From an uncultured Rhodothermaceae bacterium (lineage in GTDB: Bacteria > Bacteroidota > Rhodothermia > Rhodothermales > Bin80): a stretch of 64,000 nucleotides of DNA. The notes beneath the pieces are model-generated. The model saw only the letters and a program-made list of their open reading frames with translations. It was not told the origin of the DNA and made no database searches. Positions 17,974-28,236 of this stretch are shown here, piece after piece (positions within the stretch are counted from its first letter, which is position 1; each line of letters opens with the position of its first letter). A program made the translations under genes and the position numbers. The stretch is from positions 2,367 to 66,366 of the forward strand of contig CAZXEU010000045.1 of the NCBI GenBank assembly GCA_964639665.1, in the 5' to 3' direction.

Positions 17974-20832
17974 TTACGGGTTCTTGATGCCCTGGCCGTT
18001 GAACCGCAACCAGTCCAGCTCCAGGAAAGTATCGTCGTGATCGGTTGCGAAGTCGAGTACCAGCTCGATTGTCTTTCCCGGATCGGCAATGTCCAGGGTG
18101 ATATCTCGCCAGTTGTCATAGGCGTCCTTTCTAAGCAGTCCCATGCCGGAAGCATCCTCGGGGACGCCGGCCGCGTAGCGGGCCTGGCGAGGGACGGCAG
18201 CCTCTCCCACATCTTCGCCAAGTCCCAACGTCGCCAGCTCCTGGCCTTCCCCGGTAACGATTCGCACGTCTCCGGGAGCGTGCAAGCGAAAGCGCAAGGT
18301 AATAGAATTGATCCCGTGCAGATTGACCGGTTTGTACGCAAGGCGGGAGCTGTCCTCCAGCTGCATGGCCGAAAGCGCGGTGCCTCCCCAGTGCTCGCTT
18401 GCAGGGCGGGCCGAATAAGTTGTGCGCCTTGTGCCACGGCTCTCGTATACGTGTTCGGCTTCCTTGAGGCTTGGCTGCAGCCGAACGCGGTCGCAACCGG
18501 AGCCGGGCAGGCAGGCCTCCACTTCGGCAAACCGGTCGGCGTAGTGCACGTCCGGCGTGTGGGTAAAGCGCCGCGATATCACGAATTCGCCTTCCGGTCC
18601 CGTGAAGGACTCCAGCGGGATCGGCGAAGTGTCGAAGCCCGTGTAGGTCTGCACGGTGACCTCATCCGAGCGGGCCCTGTCATGCACGTCGACCTGGTAG
18701 CGCGCCGCGGCATCAAAATCAAAGATACCTCCGTCGGGCGGCCAAACCAGGCGCAGCGCACCGGTCACGGCGCCGGATTGAGCCACCGGCGCCGGCTGCT
18801 CGCGACTTCCGTAGTAATCCAGGCGGACCAGTTGCGCATTGGGATTGCTGCCCCAGAATTCGTCTCCCCATTCGAGAATGTACAGCCGCCCGTGCGGGCC
18901 GACTTCGATGTCCATGGGGCTGATGTAGTCGAGACCCGGCAGAAAGGGATCGATCTTTACTATATCGCCTCCCTCGTCCACCGTCACCACCTGTACCCAG
19001 TTTCGCATCCACTCGTAGATCATGACCTTGTTGTCGTAGTACGGCGGAAAGGCGTGCTCGTGCGCTGTCGACGCGTCATAATGAAACACGGGACCGGCCA
19101 TGGGATTGAGCCCGCCGGCTCCGAGCTCGGGAAACTCCTCGGACGTTCCGTAGAAGTAGGGGATCCACGCGGGCTGCGCAGCGGGCAGGTCCCGCGCCCC
19201 GGTATTGTACGGTGAAGCGTTGACGGGCGCGGCGGGATCGATATACGGCGTCATGTCCTCTTCGCCGTAGACGTAATACAGGTCGTACGGCTCGTTGTAG
19301 CCGGTAAACAGCGGCCATCCGAAGAATCCCGGCCCCCTTGCCTGGTTGAATTCATCCACCCCGTTGCCGTTGCCCGGCCCGACATCGCCCCAGTAGACCC
19401 ACCCGGTGGCGTTGTCCACCGAAATCCGGAACGGATTGCGGTGACCCATGGTGAAGATCTCTCCCCTGTGCAGGGAATCAGCCTTGAACAGATTGCCTTC
19501 CGGGATGGAATACGAACCGCCCGCTTCCGGGCGAATGCGCAAAATCTTGCCCCGAAGATCATTGGTATTGGCGGAGGTGCGGCCGTGATCGGCCATGCGC
19601 CTGATGGCCTCCTCCTCGTGGTCGCGCGGCCCTCCCGAATTGTCCCCCGTAGAGAGATAAAGCAGGCCGTCCCTGTCAAACTGTATGGAGCCTCCCGAAT
19701 GGCAACACTGGACGCGCTGCACCGGGATTTCCAGCATCGACACCTCGCTTTCCATGTCAAGCAGGCGGCCATCATATTCGAATCGTGACAACCGGTTGAA
19801 TTTGGCTCCTTCCGTAACCGGCGAATAATATATGTAGAGCCAGCCATTGGCCATGAAGTTGGGATCAAGTGCCAGCCCCAGAAGCCCGTCCTCGATGTTC
19901 TTCTCCACCGGCAACCAGCCGATTACGCGGGCCTTGCCCGTATCGGGCTCCCAGATCTTGATGGCTCCGGCCCACTCGACAATAAACACACGCCCGTCGC
20001 CTGCTATGTCGATCTCCATGGGATCAGTTAGCGCGCCCGTCAGCACAACTTCCTGAAAGCCTGCTGCCCTGGAAGCCATGACATCCGCATCGCGGCGGCC
20101 CGCCACCCATTTTATCGCGCCAGCCAGATGCGCCCGCATGTGGGGCTCGCTGTAGCTTTCCTCCGTGTGTCCGAGTCCAGTATAGAATGCGCGCCCTCCA
20201 AGGTCCGCATGCGCCCAGGCAATGGGATGGTCATGCCCCATGGTGCCGCCCTCGTACGAGCGCTCCGCCACGGAGGCAACGACGTGCACGTCAGGCCTAG
20301 GATTCTTCCTAAAATTGTACCATTCATCAGTGCGCTCCCAGCGAAGCGGCAGCGATGCCGTAGCGGGATGCCGGCGGTCCGTTACCAGGACCTCCGCCGG
20401 CTGCACTTCCGGGTGATTGTCAAAAAAGGCCCCTACCAGGGCGTTATACCAGGGCCAGTCGTACTCGGAGGCAGCAGCGCCGTGAATCCCCACAAAGCCT
20501 CCGCCCTGCCTGACATACCGTTCAAAAGCCAGCTCCTGCTGCCTGTTCAGCACGTCGCCCGACGTGTTCAGGAAAACTACGGCTGCGTACGCCTGCAGGG
20601 AATCGTATGCGAAGTGGGAAGCATCCTCGGTGGCAACCACGCGAAAGCCGTGCTCGGCACCGATCTCACGCAGCGCCTGGATGCCGGTCTCTATGGAAGC
20701 ATGCCGGAATCCCTCGGTCCTGGAAAACACCAGAACACTGTAATCCTGCGCACCGGCCCCCGCCACGAATGCGGCCCCGGCCGCGATGGCAACCAGAATA
20801 CGTGCGTAGCGTCCTGGCACCTGCGTTCCCAT
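17974..20832 (-). CDS. ThuA-like domain fused to a PQQ-type glucose/sorbosone dehydrogenase beta-propeller and a C-terminal beta-rich module
   Basis: The N-terminus has a signal, then YSVLVFSRTEGFRHASIETGIQAL...FVGIHGAAASEYDWPWY (ThuA fold). This is followed by MEIDIAGDGRVFIVEWAGAIKIW...GLLGLALDPNF...LYIYYSP (sugar dehydrogenase propeller). Confidence 0.85.
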   Translation of the reverse strand: MGTQVPGRYARILVAIAAGAAFVAGAGAQDYSVLVFSRTEGFRHASIETGIQALREIGAEHGFRVVATEDASHFAYDSLQAYAAVVFLNTSGDVLNRQQELAFERYVRQGGGFVGIHGAAASEYDWPWYNALVGAFFDNHPEVQPAEVLVTDRRHPATASLPLRWERTDEWYNFRKNPRPDVHVVASVAERSYEGGTMGHDHPIAWAHADLGGRAFYTGLGHTEESYSEPHMRAHLAGAIKWVAGRRDADVMASRAAGFQEVVLTGALTDPMEIDIAGDGRVFIVEWAGAIKIWEPDTGKARVIGWLPVEKNIEDGLLGLALDPNFMANGWLYIYYSPVTEGAKFNRLSRFEYDGRLLDMESEVSMLEIPVQRVQCCHSGGSIQFDRDGLLYLSTGDNSGGPRDHEEEAIRRMADHGRTSANTNDLRGKILRIRPEAGGSYSIPEGNLFKADSLHRGEIFTMGHRNPFRISVDNATGWVYWGDVGPGNGNGVDEFNQARGPGFFGWPLFTGYNEPYDLYYVYGEEDMTPYIDPAAPVNASPYNTGARDLPAAQPAWIPYFYGTSEEFPELGAGGLNPMAGPVFHYDASTAHEHAFPPYYDNKVMIYEWMRNWVQVVTVDEGGDIVKIDPFLPGLDYISPMDIEVGPHGRLYILEWGDEFWGSNPNAQLVRLDYYGSREQPAPVAQSGAVTGALRLVWPPDGGIFDFDAAARYQVDVHDRARSDEVTVQTYTGFDTSPIPLESFTGPEGEFVISRRFTHTPDVHYADRFAEVEACLPGSGCDRVRLQPSLKEAEHVYESRGTRRTTYSARPASEHWGGTALSAMQLEDSSRLAYKPVNLHGINSITLRFRLHAPGDVRIVTGEGQELATLGLGEDVGEAAVPRQARYAAGVPEDASGMGLLRKDAYDNWRDITLDIADPGKTIELVLDFATDHDDTFLELDWLRFNGQGIKNP

Positions 20833-20835
20833 GCG

Positions 20836-23475
20836 CTACAGGCGCTTCACGCGAATATTGCGATACCACACGGGCTGGCCGTGATCCTGCAAGCCGATGT
20901 GGCCTTCGCGACTGAAGGCGGCTCCGGGTGTCGGAAACTTGTTCCATGAACCATCCGGGTTCTGGTGCGGGCTTCGCCACCGCGCAAGATCCATGTCAAC
21001 AACGTATTCGCCATTGAGCTGAACCTGCACCCGGCTCCCCGAGCACGTAAGCCGATAGGTATTCCACTCGCCCGGCTCGTTCACGGCATTTTTCGAAGGG
21101 GCCATTAGATCGTACACCGCCCCCGCGGTGCGCGTGCGGCTTGTGCCGTACTGGCCGTAGGAGTTGGCCACCTGCACTTCGAGACCCGTATATACAGGAT
21201 CCATGATGTCATCCGTGCGGAAGAACACCCCGCTGTTGGTGCCTTCTATCACCTTGAACTCCAGCTCCAGTATGAAGTCGCCGTAGCGCTCCTCCGTCCA
21301 CAGGTAATCCAGATTGTGTTCCTGCCCGTCCGGGTTCTCTCGTCTGACCGTAAGCTCGCCCGACTCCACCACAAACTTGTTGTTCTCGCCCGTTAGCCAG
21401 CCCGAAAGATCCTGGCCATTGAATAGCGTTTGCCAGCCATCGGGGTCCAGCGCCGGATCCTCCACGGCGAGCGGCTCATCCAGCGGACGTATCCAGATGT
21501 TGCGGAACTGGATGTTACTGGAGGTGGGATTGTAGGCGTCGGCCTCCTCGTCCCAGCCACCGTGGTGCTGCAGGGCAATCGGGCCGCGCTCGGGCAAACC
21601 AGGGATCTCGGCATCCTCGATCACCCAGTGCCCGTTAAGCATGACGGATACGCGGTTGCCGATCAGCGTGATATCCATCGAATTCCACTCCCCGATCGGG
21701 TTGTCAGCCCGCATGCTCGGAACGGCATCCGCCCGCTGCTCGGCCGTGGAATTCGGGTCAGTGCGCACGCCCCACAGCTCTCCCGATCCCGCGCCCCAGT
21801 TCCAGAGGTTGACCTGCTGCGTCGTGCCGCGAAGGAAGATGCCCGAATCCGAGTTGGGCGTCGGCGTCGTAATGGTATTGCCCGCTTCATCCGTCTCGTA
21901 AGAGCCGTCCGGCAGGATGGTGGGCATATCGTACATGCCGGAGGCCCCCTTGAATCGCCAGTCGACGTGCAGCTGGAAATCGCCGAATTCCTCTTCCGTC
22001 CACAGGTTCTTGTCCTCGGCCTCGCTCAGCGCGTCGTAGTCAATCATGTAGTCTACAACCTTCCAGTGTCCCCCGTCGCCTTCCGGGACTTTCCAGCCCT
22101 CGAAGTCCTTGCCATTGAATAGCGTCCGGTACTGCGGCCATTCGCGCCATGTAGGATACGTGTGGTAAGGCGGAAGGGCGTTCGCATACCTGGGCTTAGG
22201 CGGATTCCCCTGGTTGTAGAACACATAGAGTCCGGTCTTGCCAGCCAGAACTACATCGGTTCGTCCGTCCTTGTCCATGTCCTTTACATTGATCTTCATG
22301 CCAACGCCGACCACGTTGTTTGGCGGCGGGCTCACTCCCCCCTCGTCCGGGTAGTGCGGCACATGGTTGTAGGACAGGATGTGGCGCTCGAATGCGCCTC
22401 CCTTGATGTCGTACCAGAAGACGAAGGACGGATCTCCCACGCCCACGTCTCCGCCGTAGTGCGCAAACAGCCGCTTGCCGGCAATCAGGTCGTCCTTGCC
22501 GTCACCATTGAGGTCTCCGAGCGCCAGCGTGTGGAAGACGCTGTAGTCCGTCTCGATCCAGTGCCGCGTAAAAGAGCGCTTGCCCTCATCGTCCATGCCC
22601 TGCTCATACCAGGCAAGACCGTAGGCGTGGGCGCTGCCGATAATGATGTCGTTCAATCCGTCCTCGTTCACGTCATGCACGATGTTGGGGTGCGCGGTGG
22701 CAGTGGCATTCTCCGACAGCGCGGAACGGAAATCCCAGTCCGCATGAAACGGCCATGGCCCTGCGGGATTGTCCTCGGGCTGCTCGTACCAGCCCTGCCC
22801 CGTGACGATATCGAGCCTGCCGTCCATGTTTACGTCCCCCAGCGCGTTGCCGTGCGTGTCGCCGTCGGTGCCCACGATATGCTCGCGCCACCACGGGGCC
22901 TCGTCCAGATGCTCCAGCCAGGTCATGCCCTGCCCCTCGACCAGACGCCAGTGGTTGACCAGGATGTCCTCGTCGCCGTCGCCGTCAATGTCGCCGTGCA
23001 CGACCCCTTCCATGTTGAAGGCCTGGTGGATCTTGTGCGACTCCCACTGCTCACCGGGCTCGGTCTCGCGCCCTGGATTGCGGTACCAGTAGGCCCCCTT
23101 CATGAACATCCATCCCGAACTCACTACGTCCTCCCATCCATCGCCGTCCACGTCGAGCGCAAACTCGCTGTTGCTTTCCGTTTCCGGCCCGTTGGCGTCG
23201 GCTCCAGGGCGATAGTTGCTGTGCTTGATCCAGTGCGGCGCCTCGTACCAGTTCTTGCCGGCGGCGATGTCGAGGTCTCCGTCGTTGTCGAAGTCCGCCA
23301 CGGACGCAGTTTCGGAAAACGGACCGAACCAGTAGCTGTTTTGGAGCGGATCATGGACCGGGCCGTCGATCTTGACAGGGATAAAAATGGTCTCCCTTGA
23401 CTGAGCCAGGAGCAGTCCCGGCGTGAGGAAAAGTGCGGCTAGGATCGTCAGGCGGTTGTAGGCTTTCCTTGGCAT
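20836..23475 (-). CDS. FG-GAP/VCBS repeat beta-propeller fused to two DUF1080 domains, secreted
   Basis: Seven D-x-D/N-x-D-G repeats are present (FDNDGDLDIAAG, DVDGDGWEDVV, DIDGDGDEDIL, DVNMDGRLDIV, DVNEDGLNDII, DLNGDGKDDLI, DMDKDGRTDVV). Two blocks of the type FNGKDFEGWKV... and FNGQDLSGWL...IGLQDHGQPVWYRNIRV follow. Confidence 0.85.
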   Translation of the reverse strand: MPRKAYNRLTILAALFLTPGLLLAQSRETIFIPVKIDGPVHDPLQNSYWFGPFSETASVADFDNDGDLDIAAGKNWYEAPHWIKHSNYRPGADANGPETESNSEFALDVDGDGWEDVVSSGWMFMKGAYWYRNPGRETEPGEQWESHKIHQAFNMEGVVHGDIDGDGDEDILVNHWRLVEGQGMTWLEHLDEAPWWREHIVGTDGDTHGNALGDVNMDGRLDIVTGQGWYEQPEDNPAGPWPFHADWDFRSALSENATATAHPNIVHDVNEDGLNDIIIGSAHAYGLAWYEQGMDDEGKRSFTRHWIETDYSVFHTLALGDLNGDGKDDLIAGKRLFAHYGGDVGVGDPSFVFWYDIKGGAFERHILSYNHVPHYPDEGGVSPPPNNVVGVGMKINVKDMDKDGRTDVVLAGKTGLYVFYNQGNPPKPRYANALPPYHTYPTWREWPQYRTLFNGKDFEGWKVPEGDGGHWKVVDYMIDYDALSEAEDKNLWTEEEFGDFQLHVDWRFKGASGMYDMPTILPDGSYETDEAGNTITTPTPNSDSGIFLRGTTQQVNLWNWGAGSGELWGVRTDPNSTAEQRADAVPSMRADNPIGEWNSMDITLIGNRVSVMLNGHWVIEDAEIPGLPERGPIALQHHGGWDEEADAYNPTSSNIQFRNIWIRPLDEPLAVEDPALDPDGWQTLFNGQDLSGWLTGENNKFVVESGELTVRRENPDGQEHNLDYLWTEERYGDFILELEFKVIEGTNSGVFFRTDDIMDPVYTGLEVQVANSYGQYGTSRTRTAGAVYDLMAPSKNAVNEPGEWNTYRLTCSGSRVQVQLNGEYVVDMDLARWRSPHQNPDGSWNKFPTPGAAFSREGHIGLQDHGQPVWYRNIRVKRL

Positions 23476-23503
23476 GGTTCTGCTGGTTTGTGGCGGCGCT
23501 TCG

Positions 23504-24472
23504 CTACCGAAGCCACGCTTTCTTTACGTCGGGGTCACCGGCTCGCGTAAGGAGGTCCATCTGACGCTCCGAGAGCCGGACATTCAGGGCGCCGATGTTC
23601 TCTCTTACCTGGTCCGGCGTGCTTCCGGCAATAATGGGCAGCACGGCAGGACTGCTCTGCCGCATCCAGGCAATGATTACCTGGTTGGGCGTTGCGCCCA
23701 CTTCAGCGGCCACGCTCTGAAGTGCGGCCAGGCGCTCGTCCGATTCCGGGCCGGCGAACTGGGCAGGGACGGGGCGGTCGCTTCGCGTGTAGGCGCCCTG
23801 CAGCAGTATCGAGTACGCGATAAGCGTCATGCCGTGGTGGCGGCAATAGCGCTTCATGTCCTCCGTGGCGAAAATCTGCGGTCCGAAGTCTGCGCCGTGG
23901 CGCGGGCGAAGGTACGTATAGCGCTGCTCGACCACACTGTACGCGGTCCAGCCCCGGAGCACACTCAGGGCGTTCGCCTCCGCCACTCGCCAGAGCCACA
24001 GGTTGCTGGCTCCCAGGGCGCGCACCTTTCCGGCTGTCACGAGGCGGTGAAACGCCTCCATGGTCTCCTCAATCGGCGTATCGAAATCGTCGCGGTGCGC
24101 GTAGTAGACGTCGATGCGGTCGGTCTGAAGTCTCCGCAGGCTCTTTTCGCACTCGCGCTCTATCTCGCCGGCGCTAAGGCCACCGGCACACCCCGGATAG
24201 TCGAACGCCAGCTTGGTAGAGATGACCATGCCGTCGCGGTTGCCGCGCGAGGCCATCCACCGGCCTATCGTGGACTCGCTTTCTCCCCCCACGCATCCGG
24301 GATACCAGCTGGCATAGAAGTTTCCCGTGTCAATGAACGTTCCTCCGTGCTCCGCAAACAGATCCAGCAGGCCGAACGAATCAGCTTCGTTAATGCGGCT
24401 GCCTATCAGATCCGTGCCGTAGCACAAGGCGCTGACTTCGACCGAAGTCTTGCCGAGCTTCTGCTTTTGCAT
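23504..24472 (-). CDS. Aldo/keto reductase
   Basis: Typical AKR content: MQKQKLGKTSVEVSALCYGT...FIDTGNFY...IDVYYAHRDD...GASNLWLWR. Confidence 0.88.
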   Translation of the reverse strand: MQKQKLGKTSVEVSALCYGTDLIGSRINEADSFGLLDLFAEHGGTFIDTGNFYASWYPGCVGGESESTIGRWMASRGNRDGMVISTKLAFDYPGCAGGLSAGEIERECEKSLRRLQTDRIDVYYAHRDDFDTPIEETMEAFHRLVTAGKVRALGASNLWLWRVAEANALSVLRGWTAYSVVEQRYTYLRPRHGADFGPQIFATEDMKRYCRHHGMTLIAYSILLQGAYTRSDRPVPAQFAGPESDERLAALQSVAAEVGATPNQVIIAWMRQSSPAVLPIIAGSTPDQVRENIGALNVRLSERQMDLLTRAGDPDVKKAWLR

Positions 24473-24494
24473 GACTTTTCCTGTTCCGGATTGC

Positions 24495-24938
24495 CTAGTC
24501 CATAAACGTTACGATAGCCGCACCCCCGATCATCAGCGCGACACCCAGGATCTTGATCAGTGTAATGGTATGCACCTCGGAGCCTAGCCACCCGTAGTGC
24601 GACAGTACCATCCCGGTTATGACCTGCCCGGCGAGCAGCGAAATAAAGAGTGCTCCCGCGCCCACCTTCGGAATCAGGAAGGCGATAGCGAATACGAGCA
24701 TGGCACCGAGCGCTCCCGCCGTCAGCAGCACCGGGTTAACGTCGGCCAGTGGTGCCAGCGCACCCTGTTTCCATCCGAAGAGGCCGATTATGACGGCGGT
24801 TGCGGCTCCGATGAGCCAGAATACGGCGTTCGCAACCGGCGTATTGCCAATGGCCGCGCCTACCTTTCCATTCATGGCCAGGTGTACGGCGAGGACAACG
24901 CCGAGAAAAAGGGTAAACAGAAAAAACGGAGCTTTCAT
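24495..24938 (-). CDS. DMT-superfamily small membrane transporter (DUF606/YdcZ-like)
   Basis: ORF 24495..24989 trimmed to ATG at 24938 (MKAPFFLFTLFLGVVLAVHLAMNGKVG...). The protein is about 147 aa and entirely hydrophobic, with about 5 TM segments. Confidence 0.7.
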   Translation of the reverse strand: MKAPFFLFTLFLGVVLAVHLAMNGKVGAAIGNTPVANAVFWLIGAATAVIIGLFGWKQGALAPLADVNPVLLTAGALGAMLVFAIAFLIPKVGAGALFISLLAGQVITGMVLSHYGWLGSEVHTITLIKILGVALMIGGAAIVTFMD

Positions 24939-24989
24939 GGCTCTTCCGGTTTGGTGTCCGAATGTCGGACAGATGATAAAGGCCTGCAA

Positions 24990-26135
24990 TCAGAGGGCGA
25001 CCCAGCGCTCCTCCCGGTGGCTTTGCAGGATAGCGTCACACAATTGAATTTCGTGGTGGCCCTCCTCGAACGTGGGATATTGCACCTCATCCGGGGCAGC
25101 ACCCGAGTCTATGGCCTGGTAGAATGCGCGGAAGCACTGTTTGAAGGTGTCCGGGAAGCCCTCGTTGTGACCGCCAGGGTAGTCGGAATAGCCACTTGCG
25201 AGGGCGCCCAGCTGGGCGGGATCGCGCACGAGCGTTTCGCTTGGCCCGTCGCGCCGGCCAAGCCAGAGTTCATTCGGCCTTTCACTGTCCCAGGCCGCCG
25301 CTCCGCCCGAGGCTGCTATCTCGTACCGGAGCATGTTCTTGCGCCCGGCCGTAACCTGGGACACGAAAAGCACGCCCTGCGCTCCGCCTTCGAATCGCAG
25401 CAGCACGCACCCGGCGTCCTCCGTCGCAACGGGCACGGGCTGAAGTACCGTGGCCCGCGCCTGTTTGCCGGTGAATGTCGCGATTTCCCCCTCCGGTCTG
25501 CGACGGATGGGATGCACGGTCCGCAGGTCGGCAAGTACTGCCTCTACGCGAAGCCCGGTTATGGAAAGCACAAGATCCATCCAGTGCGTGCCAATGTCTG
25601 AAACGGCCCTCAGAGCCCCTCCTTCTTCCGCCAGCACGCGCCAGTTGTAGTCCGTTTCATACAGCAGCCAGTCCTGGACGTATCGGCCAATAACAGAAAA
25701 GACTCTGCCGAGGCTGCCGCCCCGGATTCGCTCGCGGAGCTCCAGATTGACCGGGTAGAAACGGATATTGTAGCATACGCCCGCGTGCAGTCCCATAGTG
25801 CGGGCCAGGTCCACCAATTCCGCTGCCTCCTCGGCATGCATGGCCAGCGGTTTCTCGCACATGACGTGCTTGCCGGCCAGAAGGGCCCGCCGTGCCATGC
25901 CGAAATGCAGCACGTTCGGAACCGCCAGATGAACGGCATCCACCGTGGCATCATCGAGCACGTCCTCCAGACTCTCATAGGCCCGCGGCAATCCCAGGGC
26001 CTTGCAGGCCGCTTCGGACTTTTCCGGCCGGCTGCCGAGAATTCCCGTTACCCGAATACCAACGCGCTTTAGTGCCTCGACGTGGACCGGACCGATGAAG
26101 CCTGTCCCGGCAACCGCAGCGCCGATGGAGCGCAT
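24990..26135 (-). CDS. Gfo/Idh/MocA family oxidoreductase (no signal peptide, cytoplasmic)
   Basis: The track ORF opens with GTG at 26156. ATG at 26135 lies 4 nt after the upstream stop and gives MRSIGAAVAGTGFIGPVHVEAL (Rossmann start). It also has the CEKPL motif. Confidence 0.88.
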   Translation of the reverse strand: MRSIGAAVAGTGFIGPVHVEALKRVGIRVTGILGSRPEKSEAACKALGLPRAYESLEDVLDDATVDAVHLAVPNVLHFGMARRALLAGKHVMCEKPLAMHAEEAAELVDLARTMGLHAGVCYNIRFYPVNLELRERIRGGSLGRVFSVIGRYVQDWLLYETDYNWRVLAEEGGALRAVSDIGTHWMDLVLSITGLRVEAVLADLRTVHPIRRRPEGEIATFTGKQARATVLQPVPVATEDAGCVLLRFEGGAQGVLFVSQVTAGRKNMLRYEIAASGGAAAWDSERPNELWLGRRDGPSETLVRDPAQLGALASGYSDYPGGHNEGFPDTFKQCFRAFYQAIDSGAAPDEVQYPTFEEGHHEIQLCDAILQSHREERWVAL

Positions 26136-26139
26136 GCCG

Positions 26140-27051
26140 CTATCTGCCGAATCCACGAACCCGCTCCCGGTTGGTCCTCAGGGCCTCAAGCGGCGGATGG
26201 GATTCGTCCTCGTATTCCACCACATACCATTCGATGCCTCCCTCCGACTCGCTGAGCGCGAATATCTCCTCCCACGGGAGGCTGTCATCCCCGACAAATG
26301 GCTCAAAAGGATGCTCCGCTCCATGCGTAAAGGGCTTGACGTGCATGGAATTGATCCGGCCCGGATCGCCTTTGATCACTTCCAGTACGTCGGCGCCCCC
26401 GTTCGCCGCGTTTCCCGTATCCAGCTGCAGGATCACGTCGTCCGGCGTGTTGTCAGCAAGAATATCCCAGATGGTCTGACCCTCTACCAACTGGTCGAAA
26501 CTGTATGCGTGGCAGTGGTACCCCGTACGCATGCCATGTGGACGAAGCGCCTCCTGGATTGCTGTCAACTCGTCTGCCGTGCGCATGAGCACGTCCATCC
26601 CCGTGCGCCTGTCCTCGCCAATGGCGGGCACTATCAAATTGGGGTTTCCAAGCTCCCCGTGAAAATCGATGGATCGCTGCAGTTCGTCGCCAAGAAGCAT
26701 GGGAAGCCCCACGTGGGCCCCCGCAACACGCAGTCCGTGCCCATCCAGCATGGAACGCAATTCGGCTGCGGAGTAGTCGTAATAACCGGCAAATTCGACG
26801 CCGTCGTAGCCCAGCGTCGCCACTTCGGCCAGCGTTCCCGGGAAATCCTCTTCAAGAAGATGCCGGAAGCAGTACAGCTGCACGCCAACCGGAATTGCGG
26901 CGTTCGCCTCGTCCGCGGCGGCATCGGCCATTGCGCCTTCCGGCTCTCCGCTTTCGCGGCCGCATCCGGCAAGCCCCGCTACAACTAGCGAGCCACCGGA
27001 TGCCTTCAGGAAGTCGCGCCGCGTCAGGGGCCTGCGAATAAATCGTGCCAT
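26140..27051 (-). CDS. Sugar phosphate isomerase/epimerase (xylose-isomerase-like TIM barrel), Tat-signal lipoprotein
   Basis: MARFIRRPLTRRDFLKASGGSLVVAGLAGC combines a Tat motif with a lipobox. TIM-barrel-like content: GYDGVEFAGY..., LQLDTGN. Confidence 0.85.
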   Translation of the reverse strand: MARFIRRPLTRRDFLKASGGSLVVAGLAGCGRESGEPEGAMADAAADEANAAIPVGVQLYCFRHLLEEDFPGTLAEVATLGYDGVEFAGYYDYSAAELRSMLDGHGLRVAGAHVGLPMLLGDELQRSIDFHGELGNPNLIVPAIGEDRRTGMDVLMRTADELTAIQEALRPHGMRTGYHCHAYSFDQLVEGQTIWDILADNTPDDVILQLDTGNAANGGADVLEVIKGDPGRINSMHVKPFTHGAEHPFEPFVGDDSLPWEEIFALSESEGGIEWYVVEYEDESHPPLEALRTNRERVRGFGR

Positions 27052-27177
27052 AGGTCTTCTCTGCTATTGGATATGTGGTGCCGCAACGGTGAAGTAGGAA
27101 GCTACGGTACAGAATAGCCAGTTACCAATGCCGTCCGGCATCCGCGGCAGGCTGGATTTGACCGGCACCGGCGCCGG

Positions 27178-28236
27178 CTATCCGAAGGCAATGCAAGCGG
27201 GGCTGGGCACATTCGCCGATTGACCGGAATGGGAAAGCAGTCCAGATTCGCTGTCAATGCTGAATACTTCCAGCGAATCCGAGTCCTGGTTGGCCACGAC
27301 CAGCCACTTTCCCGACGGATGGATGTCAAAATTGCGGGGAGTCCTGCCGCGTGTTGAAGAGTGTCCCAGCAGCTTCAAACCTCTCTCGCCAATTCGGAAC
27401 ACGGCTATGCATGCCGGGCCGCGGAGAGAGGCGTACAGGAAGCGCCCTGAGCCTCCGACATGTATATCGGCCCCGGAAGGTGTGCCTTCAAATGCCGTAG
27501 GCAGTGCGCAGAGCGTCTCCAGCGGCGTGAGCCTGCCGCCGGCGTATGAAAACGCAGTCACCGTCGAGTCCAGTTCAGCCATGAGATAGGCGCGTCGTCC
27601 GGCGCGGTCGAGCGCTATGTGGCGCGGACCCGCACCCGCGTGCAGTCGCACCGCGCCCGCGCGCTCTAGCGCGCCAGATGCGCCGTCTAGGCGGTACGAC
27701 ACTACTTCGTCCGTTCCCAGGTCCGGTACCAGGACGTGTCCCCAGTCCCGGTCGGCCACCGCCGCATGCGGATGCGGGGCTTGCTGACGCTCGGCATGAA
27801 CGCTGCGCCCCGCGTGCGCAACGTGGTCCGTAGCGGGTCCCAGTCCGCGGTCCGCATCCACGGGAAGCACGGTCACGGATCCGCCCAAATAGTTGGCTAC
27901 CAGAACATGGCCTGCGGCAATACTCAGGTGGCAGGGCGCCGCGCCCAGCGAAGGCTGGCGGCCGCGCAGCGAAAGCCGGCCCGTCGGCTGGTCCACCGCG
28001 TAGGCATAGACCCAGCCGCCGGTATGCGGATCAGTGACTTCGCTCGCCGCATAGAGCACGCCTTTGGCCATCACGAGGAACGACGGATTGACTATGCCGC
28101 GCTGAACGTGCCGCAGTGTGAGCTGGCCCGTGCTTTCATCCAGCTCAAAGCAGTAGATCCCTTCGCCGCGTCCGTCGACGTGATCCTCGCGCCGCGTGTA
28201 GGTGCCAACGTACAGCCGTGACAGGGACACCCGCAT
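27178..28236 (-). CDS. Lactonase family protein (7-bladed beta-propeller, 6-phosphogluconolactonase-like)
   Basis: LYVGTYTRRED...GIYCFELDESTGQLTL...NPSFLVMA...LYAASEV and repeated propeller segments. Its ATG abuts the upstream stop (TAGATG). Confidence 0.8.
   Translation of the reverse strand: MRVSLSRLYVGTYTRREDHVDGRGEGIYCFELDESTGQLTLRHVQRGIVNPSFLVMAKGVLYAASEVTDPHTGGWVYAYAVDQPTGRLSLRGRQPSLGAAPCHLSIAAGHVLVANYLGGSVTVLPVDADRGLGPATDHVAHAGRSVHAERQQAPHPHAAVADRDWGHVLVPDLGTDEVVSYRLDGASGALERAGAVRLHAGAGPRHIALDRAGRRAYLMAELDSTVTAFSYAGGRLTPLETLCALPTAFEGTPSGADIHVGGSGRFLYASLRGPACIAVFRIGERGLKLLGHSSTRGRTPRNFDIHPSGKWLVVANQDSDSLEVFSIDSESGLLSHSGQSANVPSPACIAFG

Noticed and set aside
17941-19215. 424-aa plus-strand ORF inside the ThuA/sugar-dehydrogenase gene
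   Set aside because: Shadow ORF opposite a strongly supported 952-aa gene, with a low-complexity Arg/Val/Gly-rich translation. The same applies to 20128..20949, 22162..23400 and 23474..24505.
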